Positions 18,943-29,224 of a stretch of DNA of 64,000 nucleotides are shown piece by piece. Each line of letters begins with the position of its first letter. The first letter of the stretch is position 1. This stretch comes from Candidatus Micrarchaeia archaeon (GTDB lineage Archaea; Micrarchaeota; Micrarchaeia; Anstonellales; Bilamarchaeaceae): positions 1,862-65,861 of the forward strand of contig JAXLQI010000007.1 of NCBI GenBank assembly GCA_046331685.1, given 5' to 3'. The position numbers and the translations under genes were made by a program. The notes below the pieces were generated by a model, which did not search any database, was not told where the DNA came from, and was given only the letters and a program-made list of their open reading frames with translations.

Positions 18943-21339
18943 ATGGCGGGGATCAGGAGACGGGCGTATTTCATAGACGCGGGATACGCCGTCAAGAACG
19001 GCAAGACATACGTTACCCTGATCCTCAAGGGCAAGAGGACGGTGAAGCTCTACTACCAGTACGATCCTTATTTCATAGTCGACGCCCCTGCCGAGCGCAT
19101 GGAAGAGCTGCTCGCGGTCAAAGGCTTCAAGAAAAGCGGCGAGTCCGTGAAGCCGCTGCGGGCAGAGATGACTGAAAGGACCGTGGGCCTGCGGAAGAAA
19201 AAGATGGTGAAGCTCTACTGCAGCGAGCCGTCCCATGTGCCTGCGATCCGGACAGCGGTGCCTTATCCTTCTTATGAAGCTAACATCCCTTTCGCGAGGA
19301 GGTTCATCTTCGACATGCAGCTCTCGCCCCAGTACATAGTCAGCTATGAGCGCGAGGGGAGGCTCATAACGCGGATCCTCTCGATAAAGCACGGAGAGCC
19401 GAAGCTCACCGCGATGAGCTTCGACATAGAGACCTACAACCCCGTGGGCGCGCCACGTGAGGACAAGGACCCGGTGGTGATGGTGAGCTATGCCGGGGCG
19501 AGCAAGGGCGTGATCACCTTCAAGCGTTCATCGCACGGATATGTCGAGACTAAGGAAGGGGAGAAGGAGGTGCTCCAGCGCTTCTCCGAGGTGGTCAAGG
19601 CCGAGGACCCGGATGTCCTTGTGGGCTACAATTCGGCCCAGTTCGATCTGCCATACCTGAAGGCCCGGAACGATAGGCTGCACGCATCTCTGAGGCTCGG
19701 AAGGTACGGGAGCTCGATCGTCCCGATGAAGAAAGGGATGATAAACGGGATGAGGCTAGCCGGCCGGGTGCATATGGACCTCTACCCGATAGTCAAGTTC
19801 TTCGGATTCATAGGCATCATCAAGACCCAGAAGTTCACCCTCGATGCCGTGGCCCAGGACGTCCTTGGCAGCAAGAAGGTGAAGATGGAGAAGGAGGATA
19901 TCTGGCAGATCTGGGACAAGGGAGAGATAGACCGACTCTGCGAGTATTCGCTGGTGGACGCCGAGCTCACGCTCGCCCTCGCCGAACGATTCCTCCCGAT
20001 CGAGATGGAGATGTCGAGCGTCTCGAAGATGCCCCTTTTCGAGACGACCCTTTCGACAAGCGGCCAGCTGGTCGAGAACCTTCTCATGTACCATGCAAGC
20101 GACTGGGGCTATCTCATCCCATCAAAGCCTGCGGGGGATGCGGTGAACGAGCGCGAGAACGCCCCGATACAGGGGGCGTTCGTGAAGCTCCCCGAGCCGG
20201 GGATCTACGAGAATGTCGCGGTCCTTGATTTCCGCGGCCTGTACCCCTCGATCATAGTCTCATACAACATCGACCCCGCCACTCTCATCGACGAGCATGA
20301 CGATGAGGCGAAGGCCGCGGCAGGCGAATGCCACGTATCGCCGACCGGAGCGAGATTCAGCAGGAAGGAGAACGGCCTGATACCCTTCGTGCTCGATTAC
20401 CTCATAGACATGAGGATGAAGATAAAGAAAGAGATCAAGCCGCTGGACAAATCAAGCGACGCATACGTCCGCTTGAGCGCGCGCTCGCACGCGCTGAAGA
20501 TCCTCGCGAACAGCTTCTACGGATATATGGGCTATGCGCGCTCCAGGTGGTATTCTCGGCCCTGCGCCGAGAGCGTCACGGCATGGGGGCGCAAGCATAT
20601 CAGCGAGACGATCGAGGCCGCCGAGAAAAGCGGCTTCCAGGTCCTATATGCCGACACCGACTCCGTCTTCGTCATCTACAAGGACAAAGGGGATGTGATA
20701 AGCTTCATGAACAGGATAAACGCCGATCTCCCGCCAAAGATGGAGCTCGAGCTGGAGGGGTTCTACCCTCGAGGCGTGTTCGTGAGCAAGAAGGGGGGCG
20801 AAGAGCGAGGCGCGAAGAAGAAATATGCCCTCCTCGGCGAGGACGGCCGCATCAAGATCCGCGGATTCGAGCTTGTGCGCAGGGACTGGTCATCCATAGC
20901 GAAGGATACCCAGCTCCGGGTACTCGAGGCGATACTCAAGGACGGCAGCAAGGAGAAGGCGGTGAGGATAATCCGCGAAGTCGTGGAGCAGCTCCAGCAG
21001 GGCAAAGTCCCCCTGGAGAGGCTCGCGATCAGCACCCAGCTTAACAAGGATCCCAAGCATTACGATATCGTGAGCCCTGAGCTAGAGGCGGCCAAGAAGA
21101 TGCTGAAGGCAGGGCTCGCCGCGGAGAGAGGGACGGTGATATCCTACGTGGTGGGCAAACGGGGCGGGAGCATATCCGAGAAAGCCGAACCCCTCGAGCT
21201 CGCCAAGGACTACGACCCGGATTACTATATCAACAACCAGGTCCTCCCGGCGGTGATGAAGATAATGAAGGAGCTTGGATACGACGAATACAGCATGAAG
21301 TTCGGGGGGAAGCAGAAGAGCCTGGACTCTTTCTTCTAG
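18943..21339 (+). CDS. polB: Family B DNA polymerase
   Basis: ExoI FDIETY, ExoII GYNSAQFD, ExoIII YSLVD, DFRGLYPSII, KILANSFYGY, YADTDS, C-terminal PIP box QKSLDSFF; no intein. Confidence 0.97.
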   Translation: MAGIRRRAYFIDAGYAVKNGKTYVTLILKGKRTVKLYYQYDPYFIVDAPAERMEELLAVKGFKKSGESVKPLRAEMTERTVGLRKKKMVKLYCSEPSHVPAIRTAVPYPSYEANIPFARRFIFDMQLSPQYIVSYEREGRLITRILSIKHGEPKLTAMSFDIETYNPVGAPREDKDPVVMVSYAGASKGVITFKRSSHGYVETKEGEKEVLQRFSEVVKAEDPDVLVGYNSAQFDLPYLKARNDRLHASLRLGRYGSSIVPMKKGMINGMRLAGRVHMDLYPIVKFFGFIGIIKTQKFTLDAVAQDVLGSKKVKMEKEDIWQIWDKGEIDRLCEYSLVDAELTLALAERFLPIEMEMSSVSKMPLFETTLSTSGQLVENLLMYHASDWGYLIPSKPAGDAVNERENAPIQGAFVKLPEPGIYENVAVLDFRGLYPSIIVSYNIDPATLIDEHDDEAKAAAGECHVSPTGARFSRKENGLIPFVLDYLIDMRMKIKKEIKPLDKSSDAYVRLSARSHALKILANSFYGYMGYARSRWYSRPCAESVTAWGRKHISETIEAAEKSGFQVLYADTDSVFVIYKDKGDVISFMNRINADLPPKMELELEGFYPRGVFVSKKGGEERGAKKKYALLGEDGRIKIRGFELVRRDWSSIAKDTQLRVLEAILKDGSKEKAVRIIREVVEQLQQGKVPLERLAISTQLNKDPKHYDIVSPELEAAKKMLKAGLAAERGTVISYVVGKRGGSISEKAEPLELAKDYDPDYYINNQVLPAVMKIMKELGYDEYSMKFGGKQKSLDSFF

Positions 21340-21385
21340 CCGGAGAGCCTCATCAAAAAGTCGATATTAAAAATGATGAGCGAGA

Positions 21386-21754
21386 ATGTCCTGCATGGGC
21401 AGCAGCCAGCAGGGAATGCGGAAGAAGGAGGACATAGCCGAGATGATCAACCAGATCCTCGAACAGGCGACGAAGACACGCGGAGGCTTCACTCCGGAAG
21501 TCGTCAACCAGTTCTATGATGAAGGCCAGCGCGCTAGGGATGAGCGCCAGAGGCAGCAGGTCCGGGAAGCGACTCCGGTCCGGCAGCCGGCCCAGGTGGT
21601 GGCAAGGAGAAGGGAGGAGAGCGAAAGGCGCAGCGAGATCAGCCCCCAGATGAGGAGGCAGGGCATCGAGGCCGCCGTGGATCTCGGCGAGCGGCTGGAG
21701 CTAGCCGCAGCCGGGAGGAAGCTGAACCTCCGGGACTGGGTAACATCGGGCTGA
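21386..21754 (+). CDS. Hypothetical protein (Arg/Gln/Glu-rich)
   Basis: ORF following TATTAAAAA; no motif. Confidence 0.55.
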   Translation: MSCMGSSQQGMRKKEDIAEMINQILEQATKTRGGFTPEVVNQFYDEGQRARDERQRQQVREATPVRQPAQVVARRREESERRSEISPQMRRQGIEAAVDLGERLELAAAGRKLNLRDWVTSG

Positions 21755-21759
21755 TAGCA

Positions 21760-22107
21760 ATGGTCTCCCTAGATTTCCTGGACGAATCGAACAAATCGCG
21801 GATACTCGGCGTCTGGAAAAGCATGTCCGAATCCGACAAGGCACACTTCATCAACCAGGTCGCCCTCGCCCTCAGCGTATGGGGCAGCGACGAACGCGGG
21901 AAGAGGATGGTCGTGGAGGTCCTCCGCATGATGACGACCAACGGGACAAACACTCTCGCCGACTTCGGCCTCTATGTCGAGAGGATAACCGCGCTCAAGG
22001 AAGCGAACGGGCTCGACGACAAGATCCGCAGGGCTTCCATCATCATCGAGGGCTACCGGATCAAGAACGCCCTTTCCTCAGAGCCCCACCGGGAGATGGA
22101 CTTCTGA
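21760..22107 (+). CDS. Hypothetical helical protein
   Basis: Gene-like codon usage; packed directly before pus10. Confidence 0.7.
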   Translation: MVSLDFLDESNKSRILGVWKSMSESDKAHFINQVALALSVWGSDERGKRMVVEVLRMMTTNGTNTLADFGLYVERITALKEANGLDDKIRRASIIIEGYRIKNALSSEPHREMDF

Positions 22108-22109
22108 TC

Positions 22110-23216
22110 ATGTTCCTCTGCAAAACTTGCAATGCCGCGAACGGGAACGCTTTCCCCGCAGGGAAGTGCTATATCTGCGATGACATGGCCCTGAAGGCCC
22201 CGGAGATGGCCGCGAGGGCCGCGGAGCTCGTCGGAGACTCCCCCTCGTTCTCGATCTCCACGATGATCCCTAAAGACTGGCTCGCCAGGGAAGAGAAGGC
22301 ATGGGACATCAGGCTCGGGGGCGCCGAGAGCATCAAGAGCCACATCAACCGGGCGTTGATATCCGCCCTCCGGAAAGGGGGACGGGTGTATGACGGGGAC
22401 GGCGAATGCCGCATCATATTCGATTTCTCGAGCGGAAAGGTGGAAAGGAGCATGAACGAGATATTCGTCTTCGGCCGCTACCGCAAGCTGGCGGCAGGCC
22501 TTTCGCAGAGCCGCTGGCGATGCTCAGCCTGCGATGGGAAAGGATGCGCTGAATGCGGGGGCAAGGGGAAATTCTACGAATCCGTGGAAGAACGGATCGG
22601 GGAACCGTTCAAGCAGGCGGCTGGGGCTGCGGATTATGTCATGCACGCCTCAGGAAGGGAGGATGTCGATGCGACGAACAGCGCCGGGAGGGCTTTCGTC
22701 CTCGAGATAAAAAGCCCGGCGACGCACAGGATCGAACTGGAGGCGGTGGCATCGCAGATCGGGAAGGGCGGGGAAGTCTCGGTCTCTGACCTGCGCATCG
22801 TGAGGAGGGGGTTCGCCGAGGTCGTCACGGAATCGCACTTCGACAAGACATATGAGGCCCTGACCGAGTTCGAGCGCCCTCTCGATGAAAGCGCACTGGG
22901 GAAGATCCGTGCCATCGAGGGAAGGACCATCCTCCAGCAGACCCCAAATCGCGTCTCCCACCGGAGGGCCGACCTGGTCCGGCACAGGAAGGTCAAGCAT
23001 ATAGAGGTCGTGAATGCAGCGGCCAACCGGGCGACGATCATCGTCAAGGCCGAGGCAGGCACTTACATAAAGGAGCTCATATCCGGGGACATGGGAAGGA
23101 CGAACCCGAGCGTGGCAGGAGAGCTGGGGATGAAGGCCGAATGCAAGAAGCTGGAAGTGACGATGATAGATGACGGATACCTTGACTTCTGCCTCGAATC
23201 GATAAGCCGGACCTAG
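22110..23216 (+). CDS. pus10: tRNA pseudouridine(54/55) synthase Pus10
   Basis: N-terminal CxxC...CxxC, GRYRKL, SGREDVD catalytic motif, QQTP.RV.HRR, AGTYIKELISGD.GRT.PS. Confidence 0.93.
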   Translation: MFLCKTCNAANGNAFPAGKCYICDDMALKAPEMAARAAELVGDSPSFSISTMIPKDWLAREEKAWDIRLGGAESIKSHINRALISALRKGGRVYDGDGECRIIFDFSSGKVERSMNEIFVFGRYRKLAAGLSQSRWRCSACDGKGCAECGGKGKFYESVEERIGEPFKQAAGAADYVMHASGREDVDATNSAGRAFVLEIKSPATHRIELEAVASQIGKGGEVSVSDLRIVRRGFAEVVTESHFDKTYEALTEFERPLDESALGKIRAIEGRTILQQTPNRVSHRRADLVRHRKVKHIEVVNAAANRATIIVKAEAGTYIKELISGDMGRTNPSVAGELGMKAECKKLEVTMIDDGYLDFCLESISRT

Positions 23217-23884
23217 AAACGGACTCCGTACTTGTTCATGTACGAGCGGTAATTCTCGTAGGTCTTGTCGCTGACATAAACCTTCCCTTCGATGGTGCGG
23301 CCGCGAAGATGGCTGAACACGTCGTTAATGGTCGTGATGGCATGGACCGGAACGCCGGTCTCATCCCTGAACTCGTCGATGGCAGAGGATTTCTTGCCGA
23401 CCTCCATCCGGTCGACCGCTATGACGATCCCGACGACATGGGCCTTCAGGGACCTCTCGAGCTTCCCTATCGCCTCCACCTTGGTCCCGCCGGTGGTGAG
23501 GACGTCGTCGACGAGTATGACCCTCTGGTCATGGTCAATGTTCTGGCTGCCCACGAAGACGCTGTTGGAGTCCGCCCCGTGGATCTTCATCTCCTTGCGG
23601 TCGAAGAGCCATTTCCTGTTTATCCCCATCGAATTCAGGGCGAGGGTGGTGCTGACCGCCATCGGTATCGCCTTGTAAGCCGGACCGAACACAACGTCGA
23701 AGCCTTCCCCGAAGACCTCGCGTATCTTGGATGCGTATGCCGAACCAAGCGCGGCGGTCGCGCTACCGCTCGTGAGCACCCCCAGGTCGATGAAATAAGG
23801 GGAGACCCGCCCGCTCTTCAGGGTGAATTCCCCGAATCTGATGGCGTTGTTCCTGGCCAGGAATTCTATGAATGACGTGTTCAT
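23213..23884 (-). CDS. pyrE: Orotate phosphoribosyltransferase
   Basis: FGEFTLKSGRVSPYF, FGPAYKAIP, DRKE.K.HG, VDDVLTTGGT. Confidence 0.95.
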   Translation of the reverse strand: MNTSFIEFLARNNAIRFGEFTLKSGRVSPYFIDLGVLTSGSATAALGSAYASKIREVFGEGFDVVFGPAYKAIPMAVSTTLALNSMGINRKWLFDRKEMKIHGADSNSVFVGSQNIDHDQRVILVDDVLTTGGTKVEAIGKLERSLKAHVVGIVIAVDRMEVGKKSSAIDEFRDETGVPVHAITTINDVFSHLRGRTIEGKVYVSDKTYENYRSYMNKYGVRF

Positions 23885-23965
23885 TTTCCCACATGGAGGA
23901 AATGGATGACAACCTATTTATGCGTGAGCGGTATCCCTTTAAGAGCGAGCCCCCAAGAGTGGAGC

Positions 23966-24820
23966 ATGGGCAAAAAGCTCGGAGCCGCGCTTCTGTCTAT
24001 CGGCGTGAACGTCGCCCTCCTCCTCAGCAAGATAGCTGCAGCGGTCCTCACAGGCAGCATAGGCCTGTATGCGGAATCAGCCCATTCCCTATTCGACCTG
24101 CTCGCCTCCATCCTCGCATATATCGGGATCAGGAAGGCGGAGGAACCCGAGGACCAGACGCACCATTTCGGCCATGAGAAATTCGAGAACCTCTCCTCCC
24201 TCCTCCAGGCGCTGCTCATAACCGGCACCGCATTCATAGTCATGTTCGAGGCGTACCAGAAGCTGCAGGGGCCGATAGAGATCGAAAGCTCCGAGACAGG
24301 CATCGCGCTCATGCTGATCTCCATACCGATCACATACCTGACTTCCCGCTATCTCGCCGACACGGCGGCGAAGGAGGGCGGGAGCCATGCCCTCGAGGCG
24401 GATTCGGCTCATTTCCTCACCGATGTCGCTGGCTCGATAGCGGTGCTCTGCGGCCTCGTCCTCTTCAGGCTGGGTGTGCCTGCCGGCGACCCAATAGCCG
24501 CTTTCGCGGTCGGCCTGATCATGCTTTACATCTCGATCGAGCTCGGGATAAAATCGTTCATCATCTTCATGGACTTCAGCCCCGACCGGAAGACGCTCGA
24601 GAGCATCGAAGCGGTGCTCCGCACCGAAAAGAGGATAACAAGGTACCACAAGCTCCGGGCGCGGATAGCAGGTAGCAGGGTCTTCGTGGATGTCCATATC
24701 CATTTCCCGCACCAGACCAACATCGTTGTGGCGCATAAGATAGCCCATGATATAGAGAAGAGGATTATAGAGAGGGTCCCTGCGGTCAAGGAGGTTAGCA
24801 TCCACACGGAGCCTGACTGA
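23966..24820 (+). CDS. Cation diffusion facilitator (CDF) transporter
   Basis: AESAHSLFD, HHFGHEKFE, ADSAHFLTD, C-terminal HTEP. Confidence 0.93.
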   Translation: MGKKLGAALLSIGVNVALLLSKIAAAVLTGSIGLYAESAHSLFDLLASILAYIGIRKAEEPEDQTHHFGHEKFENLSSLLQALLITGTAFIVMFEAYQKLQGPIEIESSETGIALMLISIPITYLTSRYLADTAAKEGGSHALEADSAHFLTDVAGSIAVLCGLVLFRLGVPAGDPIAAFAVGLIMLYISIELGIKSFIIFMDFSPDRKTLESIEAVLRTEKRITRYHKLRARIAGSRVFVDVHIHFPHQTNIVVAHKIAHDIEKRIIERVPAVKEVSIHTEPD

Positions 24821-24823
24821 ACG

Positions 24824-25705
24824 TCACTGGCCCGGGCCGCCCTGGGGCCGGTTCCCGTGCCACTGGCCGAAAACAGACGTTACGTTCGCCGCGTACATTA
24901 GTATGGAATCCCACATGGCCTGACCGATCCCTGAAGGGCGCGAGTGAGGGAGGCCTCCCATGCGCAGAACTGTATGCATAAGGCGGAGCGGGTCATCCTC
25001 CCTGAGGAGAGCATTGAAAGAGCCTGGGCCGAATCTGCCGTCTATGGCCCGGGCGAGCTGGGCATAATCCCCGCTGCCGAACGCCCTCTCGAGCACGCCT
25101 TCCCCGACCGAATTCGCGATGAGGGAGAGTGCCGAGACGATGAGGGGGTATGTGAGCGAATGCGCCCCGCCCGCCGCGCGGTAACAGACATAGTCCGAAA
25201 GCCCCTCCTCGAGCCATTGAGCAAAGAAGGGCTTCTGAACGCCGGCAGAATCCGGCAGGGTAGCATGGACGCTCCCCCCCTGCCGTGCGATGAAGGAGAC
25301 ATAGTGCGCAAGCTCATGGCGGACCACGCTGTCGAACCTTTCCCCGAGGCTCGCACGCACGAAAACAGTATTGGAGCCCCGCTGGTAGAACCCCGCCGCC
25401 GATGCGTCTCCGCCCAGCGCACCAGCCATCTGGTCGAATACGGCATCAGGGACAGAGACGGCCAAGGGAGGCGACCGTGAGACCATGGATGAGACGGATG
25501 GACCAAGGAATGCCCCGAGCTCACGCGTGAATCCCGAGATGTCGAGGATCCGGAGAGCTCCAGGATCAGCGATACCGAACTTATTCCTGATGTAAGCCGC
25601 GGCCTGTTCGGGAGATGTCATATAGCTCTGCAGGAAGGGGGGCGGCAGATAGGGGCTCGCGAGGCGTCTAGCTCCGGTCCTCTCGTCAGCCATCCTTTCA
25701 GCCAT
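24824..25705 (-). CDS. Hypothetical protein with gluzincin-like zinc peptidase motif
   Basis: AAGFY, HELAH and downstream WLEEG; no signal peptide. Confidence 0.65.
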   Translation of the reverse strand: MAERMADERTGARRLASPYLPPPFLQSYMTSPEQAAAYIRNKFGIADPGALRILDISGFTRELGAFLGPSVSSMVSRSPPLAVSVPDAVFDQMAGALGGDASAAGFYQRGSNTVFVRASLGERFDSVVRHELAHYVSFIARQGGSVHATLPDSAGVQKPFFAQWLEEGLSDYVCYRAAGGAHSLTYPLIVSALSLIANSVGEGVLERAFGSGDYAQLARAIDGRFGPGSFNALLREDDPLRLMHTVLRMGGLPHSRPSGIGQAMWDSILMYAANVTSVFGQWHGNRPQGGPGQ

Positions 25706-25716
25706 AGTATCAGCCT

Positions 25717-25989
25717 TCAGTCGATGATGATCTGGGAGCCTGTCCGCTTCTGGACCACCATCTCCGCGATCTCCTTGCGGTGTATCTTGAGCATGTCGTA
25801 TATGTGGGGCGACTTCTTCCGGAGCTCGGAGAAATAGGCCTCAGCATCCTCGACCACGCTGCCCAGGCGGAAATCCGAGGACTCGCTTATCCGCCTCTTG
25901 AATTCCCTGACCCTTGCCAACGCGGCGTGGTAATCCTTGCCTTCAACGAGCTGCTTGATAAGGTCGATCGTGTCCGCCATCCCGCTCAA
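25717..25989 (-). CDS. Hypothetical 90-aa helical protein
   Basis: Overlaps the GGGP synthase stop; good codon usage. Confidence 0.65.
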   Translation of the reverse strand: MSGMADTIDLIKQLVEGKDYHAALARVREFKRRISESSDFRLGSVVEDAEAYFSELRKKSPHIYDMLKIHRKEIAEMVVQKRTGSQIIID

Positions 25990-26762
25990 CCCCGCGACCG
26001 CGCGCCTTCGCGCACCGCCTTCACCATGTCCTTTATCTTCGAGACGGAGTTCTCCTTCTCGAATGCAGTCCCGACCTGGATTATGTCGGCCCCGGCCTTG
26101 ATCACGGCCTTAGCCTGATCGGAGGTCCTGATCCCTCCTGCAGCGATGTACGGGATATGGATCGACGACTTGACGGCTCTGACCATCTCGAGGGGGATGT
26201 GCCCTTCCTCGGGATTGCTCCCGGCATCGGTGATGAAGAAGCGGAATCCCATGCATTCGGCGGCCATGGCGAACGCCGCCGCTATCTTGGGCTTGTTGCG
26301 CGGGATGCGCTTGGCATCGCCCACCCAGCCGACCGTCCCCCCTGGATCCACCACCACGTATGCCGTGGGGAGAGGCTCGATCTGGAAGTGCCTCACCATC
26401 GGCGCGGCGAGCATCTGGGCCTCGCTTATCCAGTAAGTGTTGCGGGAGTTCAGCATGGACATGAAATAGACCGCATCCGCGTATTTCGTGAGGGTCCCGA
26501 TATTCCCCGGGAAAAGGACCACCGGGTTCGATACTGACTGCTTGATCGCCTTTGCCACGCCGTCTAGGACTTCCCCCTGGACCCCTGTGCTGCCTCCGAT
26601 GAGTATGACATCCGCGCCCCCTTCGTCCGCGTTCTTCGCTGTCCGGACCGCATCGTCGAGCGATTTGTAGTCCAGCGGATCGATGAGGGCGAAAAGAAGG
26701 CCTTTCTTGGCCGCGAGCTCCTCGTGTATGTACCTCTCCACTTTTCCTATCATTATTTTCAC
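25986..26762 (-). CDS. Geranylgeranylglyceryl phosphate synthase
   Basis: LIDP, IGGSTG, LFPG, SMLNSRN, PTAY, DAGS, GGGIR, VGT. Confidence 0.93.
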   Translation of the reverse strand: MKIMIGKVERYIHEELAAKKGLLFALIDPLDYKSLDDAVRTAKNADEGGADVILIGGSTGVQGEVLDGVAKAIKQSVSNPVVLFPGNIGTLTKYADAVYFMSMLNSRNTYWISEAQMLAAPMVRHFQIEPLPTAYVVVDPGGTVGWVGDAKRIPRNKPKIAAAFAMAAECMGFRFFITDAGSNPEEGHIPLEMVRAVKSSIHIPYIAAGGIRTSDQAKAVIKAGADIIQVGTAFEKENSVSKIKDMVKAVREGARSRG

Positions 26763-26792
26763 CTCAACGGGGGATCCGGACCCTCGAACCGA

Positions 26793-27857
26793 TCAGATGA
26801 TGTTCCTGAGCATGTGCGCGAACAGCTCAGGACGGAGCATCTTTGTCGGACGGTCCATATGGCCGTGGTTCGACAGATACCCATCGAAATTGAGCTTCTT
26901 AAGCTTTCTGCCGAGAGCGGAAAGCTCTGCGTCGGTCCTTGTCCGCAGGTAGTCGTGGACCATGCCGTGCATCGCCAGATCCGGCCCGAACCGCAGGCGC
27001 CATTCCGCCTCGTAGCGCGCCGGCTCGGCCGCGAATCTCCCCGCGATCGAGGCGCAGTTACCCCCGAAGATCACACCTCCGCCTGTGGTGGACTTCACCT
27101 GGCCTGCCGCGTCCCCGGCAAGGAGGATGTTCGTCCGGCCGGTGCGCATGGCCGTCCGGGGCCGCACCGAGAGAGGGATGATGGCCCCGCGCGGATGATG
27201 CGCCCCATCAACGCCCTTGCGGCGCAGGAGTTTCTTCCATGCCTCGAGCGGCCGGTCCGGCATCAGGACGCCCGCCCCGAATTCGGCCGTGTATTCATCA
27301 TGTGGGATGATCCACCCGAAAAAGCCCGGGAAAACGGAATTCGAGAGGAAGACTTCGACGGCATCCGGATCCTCGGCCCGGTAAGGGACGAGCGACTGTA
27401 GAGTCGAGGCGAAACGGGGGATCCTGGGGAAATTGAACAGGCGTGCCACGGTGGAGAGGGGACCGTCGGCGCCTATGATATTGTCCGAACGGAATGCGCC
27501 GCGCACGCGTTCACCGTAATTGATCACGGCTCCTGCATCGGCCGCGTTCTGGGCCAGAGCGCTGTCCATGGCCGCCCGGTCGCAGACGAAACCGACCGGC
27601 TCGGACCTGCGGATGGTCAGCGACTGGTCCCCCAGATGTATGTCCGCCCCGTGGATAGGCCTGATGACATATCCTCTGTAGTCGATGAAACCGCTGAGCG
27701 ACTCCAGACCGTCGCGGGAGAAAAGGCCCGAGCAATTTTCGGGCAGCCCGCTGACCGGATGGTCTTCGGATATGACGACCTCGTGGCCGGAGCGGAGGGC
27801 GCTCATGGCCGCGATGGAACCGGCCGGACCGCACCCTACGACATGGATTTTAGCCAT
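26793..27857 (-). CDS. Geranylgeranyl reductase family (DGGGPL reductase-like)
   Basis: VVGCGPAG FAD motif, CSG, IGADG, PGFFGWIIP, GDAAGQVKSTTGGG. Confidence 0.9.
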   Translation of the reverse strand: MAKIHVVGCGPAGSIAAMSALRSGHEVVISEDHPVSGLPENCSGLFSRDGLESLSGFIDYRGYVIRPIHGADIHLGDQSLTIRRSEPVGFVCDRAAMDSALAQNAADAGAVINYGERVRGAFRSDNIIGADGPLSTVARLFNFPRIPRFASTLQSLVPYRAEDPDAVEVFLSNSVFPGFFGWIIPHDEYTAEFGAGVLMPDRPLEAWKKLLRRKGVDGAHHPRGAIIPLSVRPRTAMRTGRTNILLAGDAAGQVKSTTGGGVIFGGNCASIAGRFAAEPARYEAEWRLRFGPDLAMHGMVHDYLRTRTDAELSALGRKLKKLNFDGYLSNHGHMDRPTKMLRPELFAHMLRNII

Positions 27858-27907
27858 AGCTGGAGTTATTAGGGAACCTTTTTTAAAATACGGAACAAGT
27901 GCAAGCC

Positions 27908-29224
27908 ATGTACGAAGTCTGGGGCGGGTATGCGCTCCTGCCTGGCCGGGCGGAGAGGGACATATCCATAGCGATCGATGGGAACCGCATCGCCGGGATA
28001 GGCCCGAGGAAGGAGATGCGGAAAAAATACGGGTTCGATGACTCTGTCGGGTCATCATCCTCAATCATATGCCCCGGCTTCATCGATACCCACCTCCACA
28101 GCTTCCAGATAATGACCCGCGGGCTGACTTCCGACCGGAGCCTGCTCGACTGGCTGAAAAGATATATCTGGAAGTGGGAAGGTGAGCTGACGAGGGAAGA
28201 GGCGCGCGCATCGGCCGAACTCGCCTACCTCGAACTGCTCAGGAGCGGTGTGACGGCATTCGTGGATTACACTTCCGTCCGCCATACCGAAGAGGCTTTC
28301 GCCGCAGCGAAAAACATCGGGATGCGCGCATATATCGGCAAGACCATGATGGACCGGGAGTCCCCGGCATCCCTCGAGGAGGATACCGACACCTGCCTCC
28401 GCGGGGCACGGAAACTGATCGGCAGATGGCACGGGAGCGAGGGCGGGAGGCTCCAGTGCTGCCTGAGCCCGCGCTTCGGCATGACTTCGAGCGATTCGCT
28501 CCTCCAAGGCTGCCGCGAGATACTCGATGAGCACGACCTGATCTTCACAACGCATGCAAACGAGAACCGGTCCGAGGTCGCGAAAGACATGCTCTCACCA
28601 GGGAAATGGACGGGGAAGACCTCGGTGGCCAGGCTCGCGCGGCACGGCCTCCTGGGAAGGAAGGCTCTGCTCGCGCACTGCGTGTGGCTGGATAAACCCG
28701 ATCTTGAGCGGATAGCGCGGAGCGGCGCAAGCGTCTCCCACTGCCCGGGATCCAACATGATGCTCGCGAGCGGCTGCGCCCCGCTCGGGCGGATGCGGCG
28801 GAGAGGGGTGAACGTCTGCCTGGGAAGCGACATGGGCGCCTACTACAACATGAGCATGTTCGAACAGATGAGGCTTTCAGTGCTTCTTCAGAAGGTTTCG
28901 GCCCTGGATCCCCGTTCCATGGATCATGGGGCGGCTTTCAGCATGGCCACCGAGAACGGGGCGAAGGCCCTTTCCCTGGACCATGGACTGCGGAAAGGGG
29001 CGGTGGCCGACATATGTATGCTCTCGCCGAGGAGGTTCGCCCCGCTGAACGATATCAAGGCCCAGATCGTCTACTGCGCGCAGCCGGCGGACGTGCACAC
29101 CGTAATCTGCGACGGGAAGGTGCTGATGAGGGATGGCCAGGTCATCGTGGCCGACGAGGAGAGGGTGATAAGGAGGGCAGAGGAGATCAGGGGCGTCCGA
29201 TGCGCGCTAGAGCGAGGCCGATGA
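27908..29224 (+). CDS. Amidohydrolase (MTA/SAH, guanine or deoxyadenosine deaminase family)
   Basis: PGFIDTHLH, THANE, AHCVW, HCPGSN, LGSD, AT.NGAKAL. Confidence 0.9.
   Translation: MYEVWGGYALLPGRAERDISIAIDGNRIAGIGPRKEMRKKYGFDDSVGSSSSIICPGFIDTHLHSFQIMTRGLTSDRSLLDWLKRYIWKWEGELTREEARASAELAYLELLRSGVTAFVDYTSVRHTEEAFAAAKNIGMRAYIGKTMMDRESPASLEEDTDTCLRGARKLIGRWHGSEGGRLQCCLSPRFGMTSSDSLLQGCREILDEHDLIFTTHANENRSEVAKDMLSPGKWTGKTSVARLARHGLLGRKALLAHCVWLDKPDLERIARSGASVSHCPGSNMMLASGCAPLGRMRRRGVNVCLGSDMGAYYNMSMFEQMRLSVLLQKVSALDPRSMDHGAAFSMATENGAKALSLDHGLRKGAVADICMLSPRRFAPLNDIKAQIVYCAQPADVHTVICDGKVLMRDGQVIVADEERVIRRAEEIRGVRCALERGR

Noticed and set aside
18943..21339. Intein or inactivated PolB
   Set aside because: Normal length with all exonuclease and polymerase motifs intact
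21879..22109. N-terminal extension of Pus10 in the ORF track
   Set aside because: It overlaps the 21760..22107 gene; the likely start is ATG 22110. Similar over-extended starts were trimmed for several other genes
22510..22580. DnaJ-like CxxCxGxG zinc finger in Pus10 as a novelty
   Set aside because: This insertion is usual in archaeal Pus10
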